Assembly: GCA_040384265.1 (NCBI GenBank)
Contig: JAZKJM010000003.1
Location: 286,711 to 350,710, forward strand
Source of the DNA: Pseudomonadota bacterium
Lineage (GTDB): Bacteria > Pseudomonadota > Alphaproteobacteria > Rickettsiales > UBA3002
Length of the DNA: 64,000 bases
Direction: 5' to 3'
Translations under genes and position numbers: made by a program
Shown: piece by piece, positions 16,953-27,221 of the stretch
Layout of the letters: each line of letters begins with the position of its first letter
Position numbering within the stretch: position 1 is the first letter of the stretch
The notes under the pieces: model-generated
Databases searched by the model: none
What the model saw: only the letters and a program-made list of their open reading frames with translations
Told to the model about the DNA's origin: nothing

Positions 16953-18944
16953 ATGGCACCCAGCGAAAAACAGGCAAAGCATGAACCGGCGCTGATCAGC
17001 AAATTGGTGCCGTTCGCGCATCTGTTGAAGCCGCGACTGCACCGTGAGGCAGCCAATGACGTGTCGATGCAGACGCCGGGCGTGAATGCGCAGGATTTCG
17101 TGGCGGCGGATCGCATCCAGGTGAAATACGGCTCACTGTTTATTGACCCGTATCTGGTGATTCACCCGCATGAGCTGGCGCCCGAGCGCGAGGCCACGTT
17201 ACGCAAAAAACTGCAGCTGACCTATTCGATCAACAACCCTTCCTTTTATGAGTCGCCGGAGCGGCTGGCGATTGCGCTGAACCTTGGCCAGCTGGTGCCG
17301 GTTTCGCTCGATGCGAAACGCAGCAAGCTGATGGAGGAGGTGAAGACCTTCAACACCCAGGCCGATTCGGGCGTGGATGCGGAGCTGCTGAAAGCCGATG
17401 GCGACAAGCGTCGCCCGTTTGCGGCTATTGTGCGCGACACGATGAACCACCCGCAGGGTGATCCCGTCGGGGTGGAGTTGCTGAAAAACGGCCTGTCGAT
17501 TTACCTGCTGGCGCGCGAGAAGCTGACGCAGCAGGGTTATATGAACAAGCTCAGCGACTATGTGCTGCGCAGCAATACGCCCGATCAGGTGCTGGCGGAT
17601 TTATCGGACAAGATTGGCGTCAGCCCGCAGCAGGTGCGCGAAGCGGCGCTCAAGGGCGGGGTGGATGGTGTCGGCCAGCTGCTCGGGCTGGATGCGGCCT
17701 ATGTGAAGGATGTGAAGGCGCTGACAGCGCATGCGGCGACGCAGGATTTTGGCTATAACCTGATCGAGCATTGGCATCTGGGCCGCCAGCTGCTGGGCGT
17801 GGGCGCGCCGCTGAAGGATAAGATCACCACCGGGATCGACGCGCGCATCACGGCCAAGATTGCGCAATACCGGGCGCAGGTGCGCCATCAATTCGAGGTG
17901 CCGGTGCCGGTGAAGGCGGAAGAAAAACGCATTGCCGAGGCGTTGAATTTTGTGGAGCCGATCCAGCGGGCGCTGCTGTATAAGCTGGGCTACGAAATCT
18001 GCTTCTCGCCGGAAGTGACGGCGGATGATATTGCGTTTCATCGCGGGATTTATGGGCTGCATCGCAAGGCGGCAAACGACCTGCGCGATGTGACCGGCAC
18101 CTACCGGATTTATTTCTCCGGCAAGGGCGATCTCAAGGGATCCATGCGCACGCTGGTGCATGAGGTGGCGCATAATCTGTGGCCCGACCAGTTCAGCGCC
18201 GAGGAAGTGGCCAAAATCGACGCCTTAGCGATGAGCGACCAGCAGCGTTTTGCGGTGTTGAACCGGATCATGGACGAAAAGTTCCCGGAATTCGAGAAAT
18301 TCGTGAATGCCCACCATGCCGGCAATGAGCAGGAAAAAGCGGCGATTGCAGCGGCAGCACGGGAGTATTTCGCGCCGTATGGCGTGACGATCGATGAGGG
18401 CATCCTGCCGTATGTGCGCGATGCGCAGGACTTCAAATTCATGGTGAAACATGCGGTCGATACGTTGAGTGTCGAGGGCATGCGCTATAACCGCAGCGGC
18501 TATGACAGCCCGCAGGAGCGCTTCCGCGAGGTGATTTCACGTTTTGCGGAATTGAAGCAGGTCGAGCATCGCTCGGAGCCGCAGCTGTTGCATTTCCTGG
18601 CGCCCGGCCTCGATCAGGTTTTCGAGGCGCATTACCTGCCGCACCTGCACCGTGCGTATCGTGCGGTCGAGGCGGCGGATGCGCTGCGCGCGAACCCCTC
18701 TGCCGCAGTCGGCCGGGTTGGCCGCGACGAACCGGCGGCGAATGATGCGGTGGCGAGCGTCGCCGAACAGCCCAAAGTGGTGGAACGCCCGGCCCGCCCC
18801 CTGCCCACCGGCACGCCGGTGCAAGCGGCGGCGGATGCGGTGCCGCTCACCATGGCCGATGCTGGAAGTATGCGCTATGACGGGCCGCTGAGTGCGCAAC
18901 GCGTGGCCGCGATGAATACGCTGCATGGCATGGGCGTGGTTTAG
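16953..18944 (+). CDS. large hypothetical protein with HExxH motif (possible zinc metallopeptidase)
   Basis: 663 aa with no signal peptide. Single HEVAH motif in MRTLVHEVAHNLWPDQFSAEE. No other family signature recognised. Confidence 0.6.
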   Translation: MAPSEKQAKHEPALISKLVPFAHLLKPRLHREAANDVSMQTPGVNAQDFVAADRIQVKYGSLFIDPYLVIHPHELAPEREATLRKKLQLTYSINNPSFYESPERLAIALNLGQLVPVSLDAKRSKLMEEVKTFNTQADSGVDAELLKADGDKRRPFAAIVRDTMNHPQGDPVGVELLKNGLSIYLLAREKLTQQGYMNKLSDYVLRSNTPDQVLADLSDKIGVSPQQVREAALKGGVDGVGQLLGLDAAYVKDVKALTAHAATQDFGYNLIEHWHLGRQLLGVGAPLKDKITTGIDARITAKIAQYRAQVRHQFEVPVPVKAEEKRIAEALNFVEPIQRALLYKLGYEICFSPEVTADDIAFHRGIYGLHRKAANDLRDVTGTYRIYFSGKGDLKGSMRTLVHEVAHNLWPDQFSAEEVAKIDALAMSDQQRFAVLNRIMDEKFPEFEKFVNAHHAGNEQEKAAIAAAAREYFAPYGVTIDEGILPYVRDAQDFKFMVKHAVDTLSVEGMRYNRSGYDSPQERFREVISRFAELKQVEHRSEPQLLHFLAPGLDQVFEAHYLPHLHRAYRAVEAADALRANPSAAVGRVGRDEPAANDAVASVAEQPKVVERPARPLPTGTPVQAAADAVPLTMADAGSMRYDGPLSAQRVAAMNTLHGMGVV

Positions 18945-18951
18945 GCGCGCA

Positions 18952-20949
18952 TCACACTTTCATCGGCATGATGATCAGGTTCTGGCCTTTGTTATGCAGC
19001 TTTTTCTGGATCATGTAGGCGGTCTGGTTGTGCAGCAGGGCGTTGGCAAAATTGTCTTTCTCGAAGATCAGCTTGGCGGCGAAGAACACAGCGTGCGGGA
19101 AATCGGCGCTGATGCGTTCGCTTAAGCGGCTGACAGTGTCGATCACGTCGGTGCCGTAATCATGGTAATAGGTGGCGGGCAGGCTGCGGGCGCTGCAGAA
19201 ATCGACATAGTTTTTGAGCATTTTTTTGGTGTCGCTGCGCAGCGCGTGCCAGCGCGATTCATCGGAGAATTCCTCGGTATCGATCTCGCCGACGCTGGCG
19301 AACACGAAATTTTTGAACACGCCCGGGAACAGCCGCTGCACCCACAGGAACGTGTGCATGCCGGTGGCGGCGGAATCACCCACCAGGAAAACGGCGGTCT
19401 GCTGGCGCGGGTCCATTTTCGGTTTCTCGGCGGGCATCGGGCGGTCGGAGGCGCCGAACATGGCGCTGCCAAGCTCGCTACCGATTTCGGCCATGCGGGC
19501 GCTCACACGCTCGTAATGGCGGCGGATGCGTAAGGACACGAAGATGACGCAGCTGGTGATGAGGATGGTTTTCCAGCCGCCATAGGAGAATTTCTCGATG
19601 ACGGTGGTGAACAGAATGGTGGCGCAGACCAGCATGGCGAGCGCAGCGATGATGAGCTTGTGCCAGATTTTCGGGTTCTGCCGCTCGCGCCAGCGGTGGC
19701 GGGTGATGCCGGCGAGCGTGAGGGTGAAGGTGAAGAACACATTGATGGAATAGAGGATGACGAGCAGGTGCACCGCGCCGCCGGTCATCATCAGCGCGCC
19801 GATGGCGGCGCCGCCCATCAGCAACACGCCGTTTTTGGTGACGAGGCGGTTGGAGAGCGAGGAGAACATATGCGGCATCCAGCGATCCACCGCCATCGAG
19901 GCAAGGACGTTGGGGCCGGCGATGAAGCCGGTGTTGGCGGCTGTCAGCAGCAGCCCGGCGGCAAAAAACAACGACATGCCGGTATATTCCGCCGACCAGT
20001 TGATGCCCATGAAATCCCAGTCGGCGGTGATGAGCTTGAACACCGAGGCGTTCAGCGTTTCGCCATCGACTTTCTGGACGTCCCACAGCAGGTAGATGAT
20101 GATGATGCCGCCCGCGGTGAAGGCCAGCGAGCAGGCGATAGCCCACATGGTGGCCTTGCCGGTGCGCACGCGCGGCTCGGCCATGTTGCGCACACTGGTG
20201 GTGACGGATTCCAGCCCCGTATACGTGCCGCCGCCGAGCGAAAAGGCTTTGAAGAACAACGACATCACCGCAAACCAGCCGACGGTGGTGGCGATGTTGT
20301 TCGTTTCCTCGATGGCTTTGGGCATGATGGTGCTCAGCCCCGACGCGTGGCTGGCAATGCCGGTGATGATGAGGATGGCATGGGTGATGATGAAGCCCAT
20401 GAAAATCGGGATCAGGAAGCGGATGGATTCCTTCACCCCGCGCAGGTTCATATAAATCAGTAGTCCGACGACGAGACAGGAGAGGAACAGCTTGTAGCCC
20501 TGGTATTCGAGCGGGAGCATGGAGAATAGCGCATCCACCCCCGCTGCGGTGGAGATGGCGATGGTGAGGACGTAATCGATCAGCAGTGCACCGGCGGAGG
20601 CGAGGCCGACTTTGGGCCCAAGCAGCACGGTAGCGACGCGGTAGCCGCCGCCGCCATTGGGGAACAGTTCAATCACCTGCGTATAGGCGGCGGCGAGCAG
20701 GAAGACGGTGATGCCGGTGGCAATGGCGAGGAAAATGGCCAGGTGGGTGTTGGCGCCAAGGGCGAGGAAGGCTTCTTCCGGGCCGTAATTAGCGGAGGAA
20801 ATCGCATCCGCGCCGATGCCGACCCAGGCAAAGAACGTGACCAGCGCCAGGCTATGGCGCGTGTCGGAGCGGAATGGATCGAGCGGCTTGCCCATAAGGG
20901 TGCGCTTCACGCCTGCGATTGTTAACGGCATATAAAACCCCTCCGCCAT
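18952..20949 (-). CDS. APC-superfamily permease, KimA-like (putative K+/H+ symporter)
   Basis: 665 aa. The blocks GKPL, ADAISSANYGPEEAF, FPNGGGGY, LLIDYVLTIAIS and FKAFSLGGGTYTGLES parallel the B. subtilis KimA (YdaO) architecture, including a C-terminal cytoplasmic domain. Comparison was from memory. Confidence 0.7.
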   Translation of the reverse strand: MAEGFYMPLTIAGVKRTLMGKPLDPFRSDTRHSLALVTFFAWVGIGADAISSANYGPEEAFLALGANTHLAIFLAIATGITVFLLAAAYTQVIELFPNGGGGYRVATVLLGPKVGLASAGALLIDYVLTIAISTAAGVDALFSMLPLEYQGYKLFLSCLVVGLLIYMNLRGVKESIRFLIPIFMGFIITHAILIITGIASHASGLSTIMPKAIEETNNIATTVGWFAVMSLFFKAFSLGGGTYTGLESVTTSVRNMAEPRVRTGKATMWAIACSLAFTAGGIIIIYLLWDVQKVDGETLNASVFKLITADWDFMGINWSAEYTGMSLFFAAGLLLTAANTGFIAGPNVLASMAVDRWMPHMFSSLSNRLVTKNGVLLMGGAAIGALMMTGGAVHLLVILYSINVFFTFTLTLAGITRHRWRERQNPKIWHKLIIAALAMLVCATILFTTVIEKFSYGGWKTILITSCVIFVSLRIRRHYERVSARMAEIGSELGSAMFGASDRPMPAEKPKMDPRQQTAVFLVGDSAATGMHTFLWVQRLFPGVFKNFVFASVGEIDTEEFSDESRWHALRSDTKKMLKNYVDFCSARSLPATYYHDYGTDVIDTVSRLSERISADFPHAVFFAAKLIFEKDNFANALLHNQTAYMIQKKLHNKGQNLIIMPMKV

Positions 20950-21098
20950 GGCATGTATCTATAGCTGTAGTAGCAGTGCCATATTTGAGGGAAACCCGAT
21001 AGGGAAACCCCCGAAAGAGGCGGGCATTAAACCTGTTTCTTCGGCGACGCAACATTTTTATCATTCCCGCCAGTGCGTTAATGGGGTAGCCCTCAGGC

Positions 21099-22901
21099 AT
21101 GACCGACGCCACCGCCCATGTTGAACTGCCGCAGATCGCTTTTTCGGACGCGACGCCGATTGCGCAAGGGTTTGATGATGTTTATTTTTCCCGCGATGGC
21201 GGCATTGCCGAGACGCAGCATGTGTTTGTGCAGGGCAACGGGTTGCCGCACCGCTGGGCGGGGTGCGCGCAGTTCACGATTGGCGAGCTGGGGTTTGGCA
21301 CGGGGCTGAATTTCCTGGTCGCCATGCGGGCGTTTTTGGCTGAGGCACCGGCGGGTGCACGGTTGCATTATGTCGCGATCGAGAAATTCCCGCTGACGCC
21401 GGATATGCTGCGCGCTGCGCTTGCGTTGCAGCCGGAGTTGGCGGCGGAAGCGGCGCTGTTGCTTGCGGCCTATCCGTTGCGGTTGCCGGGCATCCACCGC
21501 ATCCACCTGCCGCGCGTGGCGCTGACCTTGTGCTTTGGCGATGTGGAAGCGCTGCTGCCGCAGCTCGATATGCAGGCCGATGCGTGGTTTTTGGATGGCT
21601 TCACCCCGGCGAAAAACCCGGCGATGTGGACGGAAACGGTGATGGCACAACTTGCGCGGCTGAGTGCGCCGGGGGCGACGGTGGCGACATTTACTGCCGC
21701 GGGCAGCGTCAAGCGCGGGCTCATGCAAGCTGGATTTGCCATGCGCAAGGTGGATGGGTTTGGCCATAAGCGCGATATGCTGGTGGGGATGCGGGCAGAT
21801 GACGAGACCCCGCGCGTGACGGCGAAAAGCGCCATCGTCATCGGCGGGGGGATTGCGGGCTGCACGGTGGCGCGGGCGCTGGCGGAACGCGGGGTGCGGG
21901 TGACGCTGCTGGAACGTGGGGCGATTGCGCAAGGCGCATCGGGCAATGCGGCGGCGGTGCTGTTCCCGCAATTGACCAAACGCTGGACGGCATCGGCCGC
22001 GTGGTATTTCACCGCGTATGGATTCATGCTGCGCCAATTGCTGCAGTGGGACGCGGGCCATGCTGCACACCAAACCATCGGCATGCTGCGCGTGCCGCGC
22101 CATGCGCAGGAAGAGGCGCAATTGCGCGGATTGAACGCCACGCTTGGGCTCGACCCGGCGATTGTGCACTGGGTGGAACACGAGGAAGCAAGCGTGCTTG
22201 CGGGCGTGGCGCTTGGCACTGGCGGGGCGTGGTTCCCGCAGGGAACATGGGTTGCGCCGGGGCCATTATGCCGCGCATTGCTGCAGCATGAGAACATCAC
22301 GGTGTGCGAACAGGTTGCAGCAACATCGTTGCAGCGCGAAGGTGCGTTCTGGGAAGTGACGGCGCAGGATGGGGCTATTTTTGCAGCGGATATATGCTGC
22401 GTTGCGGCGGCGCATGAATGTGCAACATTATTGCCCGAGATGGGGCTGACGCTGCATGCGGTCGGCGGGCAGGTGAGCGAGGTCAACGCCGCGGATGTTG
22501 TAGCGCCGCTGCGCAGCATGCTGTGCCACAGGGGCTATGTGATTCCGCATGGCGACCGCTATTTGATCGGCGCGACCTATAACCATGATGTGGATGACTG
22601 CACGGTGACGGATGACAACCATGCACGCAATCTTGAGGATCTGGCAACGTTCCTGCCGGGCTGGCTGCAGGGGCATGCATGCGGCGGGCGCATGGCGCTG
22701 CGGGCGACCACGCCGGACCGGCTGCCCTATGTGGGGGCGGTGGGCGAGGGGCTCTATGTTTCGACCGGCCATGGTTCGCGCGGGATGCTTTCGGCGCCGC
22801 TGGCGGCGGAGGTGATTGCAAGCCTCATCCTGGGGGAGCCGGTGCCGCTGACGCAGGCGCTGCGGCAGGTGGTGGACCCGCTGCGATTTAAGAAACGGTG
22901 A
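21099..22901 (+). CDS. mnmC: bifunctional tRNA (mnm5s2U34) methyltransferase / FAD-dependent cmnm5s2U34 oxidoreductase
   Basis: 600 aa. N-terminal domain has FLDGFTPAKNPAMWT. C-terminal DAO domain has VIGGGIAGC. Confidence 0.85.
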   Translation: MTDATAHVELPQIAFSDATPIAQGFDDVYFSRDGGIAETQHVFVQGNGLPHRWAGCAQFTIGELGFGTGLNFLVAMRAFLAEAPAGARLHYVAIEKFPLTPDMLRAALALQPELAAEAALLLAAYPLRLPGIHRIHLPRVALTLCFGDVEALLPQLDMQADAWFLDGFTPAKNPAMWTETVMAQLARLSAPGATVATFTAAGSVKRGLMQAGFAMRKVDGFGHKRDMLVGMRADDETPRVTAKSAIVIGGGIAGCTVARALAERGVRVTLLERGAIAQGASGNAAAVLFPQLTKRWTASAAWYFTAYGFMLRQLLQWDAGHAAHQTIGMLRVPRHAQEEAQLRGLNATLGLDPAIVHWVEHEEASVLAGVALGTGGAWFPQGTWVAPGPLCRALLQHENITVCEQVAATSLQREGAFWEVTAQDGAIFAADICCVAAAHECATLLPEMGLTLHAVGGQVSEVNAADVVAPLRSMLCHRGYVIPHGDRYLIGATYNHDVDDCTVTDDNHARNLEDLATFLPGWLQGHACGGRMALRATTPDRLPYVGAVGEGLYVSTGHGSRGMLSAPLAAEVIASLILGEPVPLTQALRQVVDPLRFKKR

Positions 22902-23661
22902 TGCTATCCAGCTGGGCGAACCCTTCGCGGGCGAAGAGGGCGCGGTAGCGCGGCTGGTCGGCGGGTGCGGTGACATAGGCGATGCTGTGCGGCGGCGGGG
23001 TGCCCGGCTGCTTGAGCGCGTGGCGGGCGATGGCGTCGCTCGAATCAATGAAGGTGACGGGCCATGGCGCGACGGCGCTCAGCGCATCCAGAATGAGCGG
23101 GTAATGGGTGCAGCCAAGCACGATGCAATCGGTGCGGCCGCGCGCGTCGTCGTGGAAGGCGGGGGCGAGTTCGGCGCGCAGGGCTTCGGTGTCGGGTGCA
23201 TCGCCCAGCAGCAGGCGCTCGGCCATGGCGGCAAGGCCGGGGGCGCCGTAGCTATCGACCACGCAACCATCCGCGAACAGGCGGATCAGTTCCATGCTGT
23301 AGGCGCTTTGGGCGGTGTTGGGGGTGGCGAGCAGCGTGAAGCGGCGGCTGAGCGATTGCTTGGCGGCGACTTTGACGGCCGGCACCGTGCCGATGAAGGT
23401 GAGGTCGGGAAAGCGCCCGCGCAGCTGGTCAAGGCACAGGGTGGACAGTGTGTTGCAGGCAAGCACGACCGGGCCGCCACCCAATTGCGGCGCGAGTTGG
23501 GCGATGAGGGCGCTGGCGCGGGCGGTGATATCGGCGGTGCTGCGCATGCCGTAGGGGAAGCCCGCCGTATCGGCCAGATAGTGCAGCGGCAGGCCGGGCT
23601 GGGCCGCCCGCAGCGCGCGAACGACGGCGATGCCGCCGAGGCCTGAATCCATCACCAGCAT
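22888..23661 (-). CDS. murI: glutamate racemase
   Basis: 257 aa with DSGLGG, ACNT and GCTHYP motifs. Confidence 0.9.
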   Translation of the reverse strand: MLVMDSGLGGIAVVRALRAAQPGLPLHYLADTAGFPYGMRSTADITARASALIAQLAPQLGGGPVVLACNTLSTLCLDQLRGRFPDLTFIGTVPAVKVAAKQSLSRRFTLLATPNTAQSAYSMELIRLFADGCVVDSYGAPGLAAMAERLLLGDAPDTEALRAELAPAFHDDARGRTDCIVLGCTHYPLILDALSAVAPWPVTFIDSSDAIARHALKQPGTPPPHSIAYVTAPADQPRYRALFAREGFAQLDSITVS

Positions 23662-23772
23662 GGCGTTAGTTCCTGTAAATTATATAAAATACGCATCAAA
23701 TGCTACCTGTCATGCGCTTGCTATTGCGCCCTGTTTTATGCATACTGCATACGGCATGAAAAGAAAGGGCTG

Positions 23773-24798
23773 ATGGTGGAAGCTGCTTCATTTTTCTCGG
23801 TCTGGGCGCAGGATTGCCCGTATTGGATTCTGGTGGAAGGGCCGGGCGCACCGTCGGTGGCGGGCCTTGCGCCGGTATATGGCAAACCCGATGTGGGAGC
23901 CACCAAAACCGGGCCCGACTGGGTGGCGCAATGGGAAGTGATGACGGCGGCCATTGCCGAAAAACCCGGCGCAGCGCTGGGTTACCGGGCAGCGGTGCTC
24001 ACCGGCGATGCGCTGCCGGCGCTGGCCGAAATCACCGCGGCGATGCGGCCGGTGGCGCAGGTGAACGCGATTGCCCGCCAGCTGTGGCTGATTGCCGATG
24101 TGAACCATGGGCGGCTGGGCTGTTACCTGCAACCGGTGATCGACCGCCACGGCAAACGCGCCGGATACGAAGCGTTCGCGCGGATGGAAGGGGCGGATGG
24201 TGGTGTCATCGGCGGCGGTGCGATCATGCAGGCGGCGGCGGTGCTGCAGGTGGAATATGCGCTCGACCGGCTGCTGCACCAGCAGGCCATTGCGAGCTTT
24301 GCGGCGAGCGGTGGGCAGGGCGCGATTTTCGTCAATTTCCTGCCCGGTTTTGTGCAGCGGCCAGAAGTGTATCTCGATGGGTTGAGCGCGGCGGTGCGCG
24401 CAGCGAAGCTTGCCGAAGGCTCGGTGGTGCTCGATCTGCCACGGGTGGCCGATGCGAGGGAACGAGCGCGGCTGCTACCGGTTGCGCAGTATTGCCGCGA
24501 GCATGGGTTTTTGCTGGCGCTGGATGATGTGGCGAGCAGCGACGGGCTGGCGGCGACGCTGGCGGAGATTCGCCCGGCCTATGTAAAGCTCGACCGTGGC
24601 TTCGCGCAGGGGCTGAATGTGGCGCGGGCGCAGGCGATGCTGGAAGAGGTGGTGCGACTGGCGCATGAGAACGGCGCGCAGGTGCTGGCCGAGGGCGTGG
24701 AGACGGCGGCGCAGCATGAGCGCTACCTGGCGGCGGAGGTGGATCTGTTTCAGGGCTATCTGTTCGGCGTGCCGCAGCGGTTCCCGGCGCGCGGGTGA
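23773..24798 (+). CDS. EAL domain protein (variant EAF signature)
   Basis: 341 aa. QPVID...YEAFAR, LDDV, YVKLD and AEGVET..QGYLFG blocks of an EAL phosphodiesterase fold. The N-terminal ~100 aa are uncharacterised and the start is uncertain. Confidence 0.7.
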   Translation: MVEAASFFSVWAQDCPYWILVEGPGAPSVAGLAPVYGKPDVGATKTGPDWVAQWEVMTAAIAEKPGAALGYRAAVLTGDALPALAEITAAMRPVAQVNAIARQLWLIADVNHGRLGCYLQPVIDRHGKRAGYEAFARMEGADGGVIGGGAIMQAAAVLQVEYALDRLLHQQAIASFAASGGQGAIFVNFLPGFVQRPEVYLDGLSAAVRAAKLAEGSVVLDLPRVADARERARLLPVAQYCREHGFLLALDDVASSDGLAATLAEIRPAYVKLDRGFAQGLNVARAQAMLEEVVRLAHENGAQVLAEGVETAAQHERYLAAEVDLFQGYLFGVPQRFPARG

Positions 24799-24843
24799 TG
24801 CGCACTTGCGCGCGCGCACAAAACGCATTATACGGCGATTTGT

Positions 24844-24919
24844 GCCGCTTTAGCTCAGCTGGTAGAGCAACGGTTTTGTAAACCGTAGGTCATCCGTTCG
24901 AGTCGGATAAGCGGCACCA
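24844..24919 (+). tRNA. tRNA-Thr (anticodon TGT)
   Basis: GCCGCTTTAGCTCAGCTGGTAGAGCAACGGTTTTGTAAACCGTAGGTCATCCGTTCGAGTCGGATAAGCGGCACCA. Anticodon stem ACGGT/ACCGT with loop TTTGTAA, GTTCGAGTC T-loop, and CCA encoded. Confidence 0.9.
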
Positions 24920-24945
24920 CGCTTCGCCCCAATGGGCAGGCCGCC

Positions 24946-26214
24946 TTAGGCTTCTTTCACCCAGGGCCGTGTGTTGCTGGGTTTGCCGAAATAGTAGCCT
25001 TGCAGGTAATCGACGCCCAGCTCCATCAGCATTTTGGCGATTTCGCCGGTTTCGACGAATTCGGCGACGGATTTGAGGCCGAAACCGCGCGTGAAATCGA
25101 GCAGGATTTTGACGAACAAGCGGCTGTCGGCGTTATCCGTCAGGTCGCGGATGAAGGCGCCGTCGATCTTCACGTAATCAATCGAGAGCGTTTTTAGCTG
25201 GCGGAACGAAGTGTAGCCGGAGCCAAAATCATCGAGCGCGACGGTGCAGCCCAGCGCCTGCACTTCGGCGCAGAAACGGGCGGAATGTTTGAGGTCGCCG
25301 TACACGGCGGTTTCGGTGATTTCGATCGACAGGCGCTCGGCGATATCGGGCGTGGCATCGACCGCGGCGGTGAGGGCGGAAAGCCAGCTACTATCGTTGA
25401 TGGTCAGGTTGCTGACATTGACGGCAATGCGCACTTCGGCATCGAGCCGCAGCTCGTGGACGACTTTTTCGAGCACGATTTTATCGATCATCGGAATGAA
25501 GCCCATGCGCTCGGCGATCGGGATGAGGGCCCCGGCGGAGCTGATTTTTCCGTCTTCGTTGAACAGGCGCAGCAGCGCTTCGTAATGGGCGACCTTGCCG
25601 GTTTTGCTGTCGATGATGGGTTGGTAAGCAAGGCGGATGCGGCCTTCTTTGACGGCCTGGCCGAGATAGTTGGCAAGGCTCATTTCCTCGCGGTGATCGG
25701 CGCCGGAAATATCGTCGCCGAGCGATTCCGCACCATCGCTTTCGGTGAGGATGACGAGGGCGCGACCGAGGATTTCCTCAGGCTGCGAAATGGCATCCGG
25801 CAGGATTTGGTAGGAGGTGGAAATGAGGCAATGCAATTCGCCGTAGCGCGAGGCGTAGCTGTAATTGCGGATGGCGTCTTCGATATCCACGCACCAGCGC
25901 TCGGCGGCGGAATCGTTGGTGGCGGGCATGAGGATGCCGATCTGGTCGCGCTGGACGCGGCTGACGGAGGCGTGGTTGCCCGCTTTTTCGCGCACGAGGG
26001 CGAGCAGTTCATCCATCACCGCTTCGGCGACGGCCATGGAATAGCCCGACATAATCATCGCCAGATTATCGATGGCGACGAGCACCAGCGCGGCTTGTTC
26101 CTGCGTGCTGCGGGCGTTGGCATCCAGCCGCGCGAGCGCGTCGATGAAGGCTTGCGGATAGCCGCAGGCACCCAGCACGGTTTCGGCGAATTCGGGGTGT
26201 TGGCGTCGGAACAT
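24946..26214 (-). CDS. EAL domain phosphodiesterase with N-terminal degenerate sensor/GGDEF-like region
   Basis: 422 aa with YQPIID, YEALLRL, EITE, LDDFGSGYTSF, KIDG and EFVET..QGYYFGKP motifs. Confidence 0.85.
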   Translation of the reverse strand: MFRRQHPEFAETVLGACGYPQAFIDALARLDANARSTQEQAALVLVAIDNLAMIMSGYSMAVAEAVMDELLALVREKAGNHASVSRVQRDQIGILMPATNDSAAERWCVDIEDAIRNYSYASRYGELHCLISTSYQILPDAISQPEEILGRALVILTESDGAESLGDDISGADHREEMSLANYLGQAVKEGRIRLAYQPIIDSKTGKVAHYEALLRLFNEDGKISSAGALIPIAERMGFIPMIDKIVLEKVVHELRLDAEVRIAVNVSNLTINDSSWLSALTAAVDATPDIAERLSIEITETAVYGDLKHSARFCAEVQALGCTVALDDFGSGYTSFRQLKTLSIDYVKIDGAFIRDLTDNADSRLFVKILLDFTRGFGLKSVAEFVETGEIAKMLMELGVDYLQGYYFGKPSNTRPWVKEA

Positions 26215-26301
26215 GAATTAAAATTATGTCATTATTTGGTGCGGTGCAAGCGTTAGCAGGGTGGTGACATATGCGAAAAAAGCGCATTCGCTGCACGTTT
26301 A

Positions 26302-27147
26302 TCAGATAAATCGGCCAAAAAGCAGGCCCAGCAGCACGATTAGCCCGAACCACTGGTTGCTGCGGAAAATCATGCCAGCACGCGCCGGGTCACACGGAAG
26401 CTGGCGGATTTGCCACAGCGCGTGCGCAGCGGCCACCAGCAGCGCCGCGGGATAGGCGAGGCCGGTATGCATGCCATAGCCGGTAACGGCGAGCAGCGTA
26501 AGCGTCAGCAGGTAACAGACGGCAACGAAGGGTTTGAGCCAGCGACCAACGGCGCGCGCGCTGGAGCGGATGCCGACGCGGGCATCATCCGCCATGTCCT
26601 GCACGGCGTAGATGGTGTCGTAGCCCAGCGTCCAGAAAATACCGGCGGCATAGAGGGTGAAGGCGGGCCAGCTGAGCGGTGCACCGCTGGCGAGCCAGCC
26701 AAACAATGCGCCGAGGTTGAAGGTGAGGCCCAGAAACAGCTGCGGCCACCAGGTGATGCGCTTCATCCACGGATAGGCGGCGATCATGGGCAGGGCGAGC
26801 AGGGCGAGCAGGAACACGCGCGGTGGCAACAGCAGGGCGATGCCAAGGGCGAGGATGAGCAGCACGGCAAGCAGGATGAGCGCGGCGCGCACGCTGAGGG
26901 CGCCACTTGCCAGCGGGCGGTGGCGGGTGCGCTCGACCTGCGCATCGAGCCTGCGGTCGGTGAGGTCGTTGATGATGCAGCCGGCGGCGCGGGTGAGCAG
27001 GGCGCCGATGAGCATCAGCAGCATCAGCGGTGCCGGGTGCGGCGCGGTGAAGGCGACTGCCCAGGCGGCAGGGAAAAACAGCAGCCAGATGCCAATCGGC
27101 TTATCGAGGCGCATGAGGGTGAGGTAGGGGCGCAGGGTCATGGGCAT
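26302..27147 (-). CDS. ubiA: 4-hydroxybenzoate polyprenyltransferase
   Basis: 281 aa, multi-TM. NDLTDRRLD (NDxxDxxxD) and a second Asp-rich block YAVQDMADD. Confidence 0.85.
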   Translation of the reverse strand: MPMTLRPYLTLMRLDKPIGIWLLFFPAAWAVAFTAPHPAPLMLLMLIGALLTRAAGCIINDLTDRRLDAQVERTRHRPLASGALSVRAALILLAVLLILALGIALLLPPRVFLLALLALPMIAAYPWMKRITWWPQLFLGLTFNLGALFGWLASGAPLSWPAFTLYAAGIFWTLGYDTIYAVQDMADDARVGIRSSARAVGRWLKPFVAVCYLLTLTLLAVTGYGMHTGLAYPAALLVAAAHALWQIRQLPCDPARAGMIFRSNQWFGLIVLLGLLFGRFI

Positions 27148-27221
27148 GGTGTAGCGCGGCGGATGGGTTTACGAAAGGGGGATTCTTGCATTCATGCAGC
27201 GGGCCGCTGTATAAGCGGGGG

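Noticed and set aside
20950-21098. c-di-AMP (ydaO/kimA-type) riboswitch upstream of the KimA-like permease.
   Set aside because: The leader is only ~150 nt and lacks the pseudo-two-fold symmetric conserved ACGGGGA/CCCA-type blocks as far as I can judge. That riboswitch class is not expected in this lineage.
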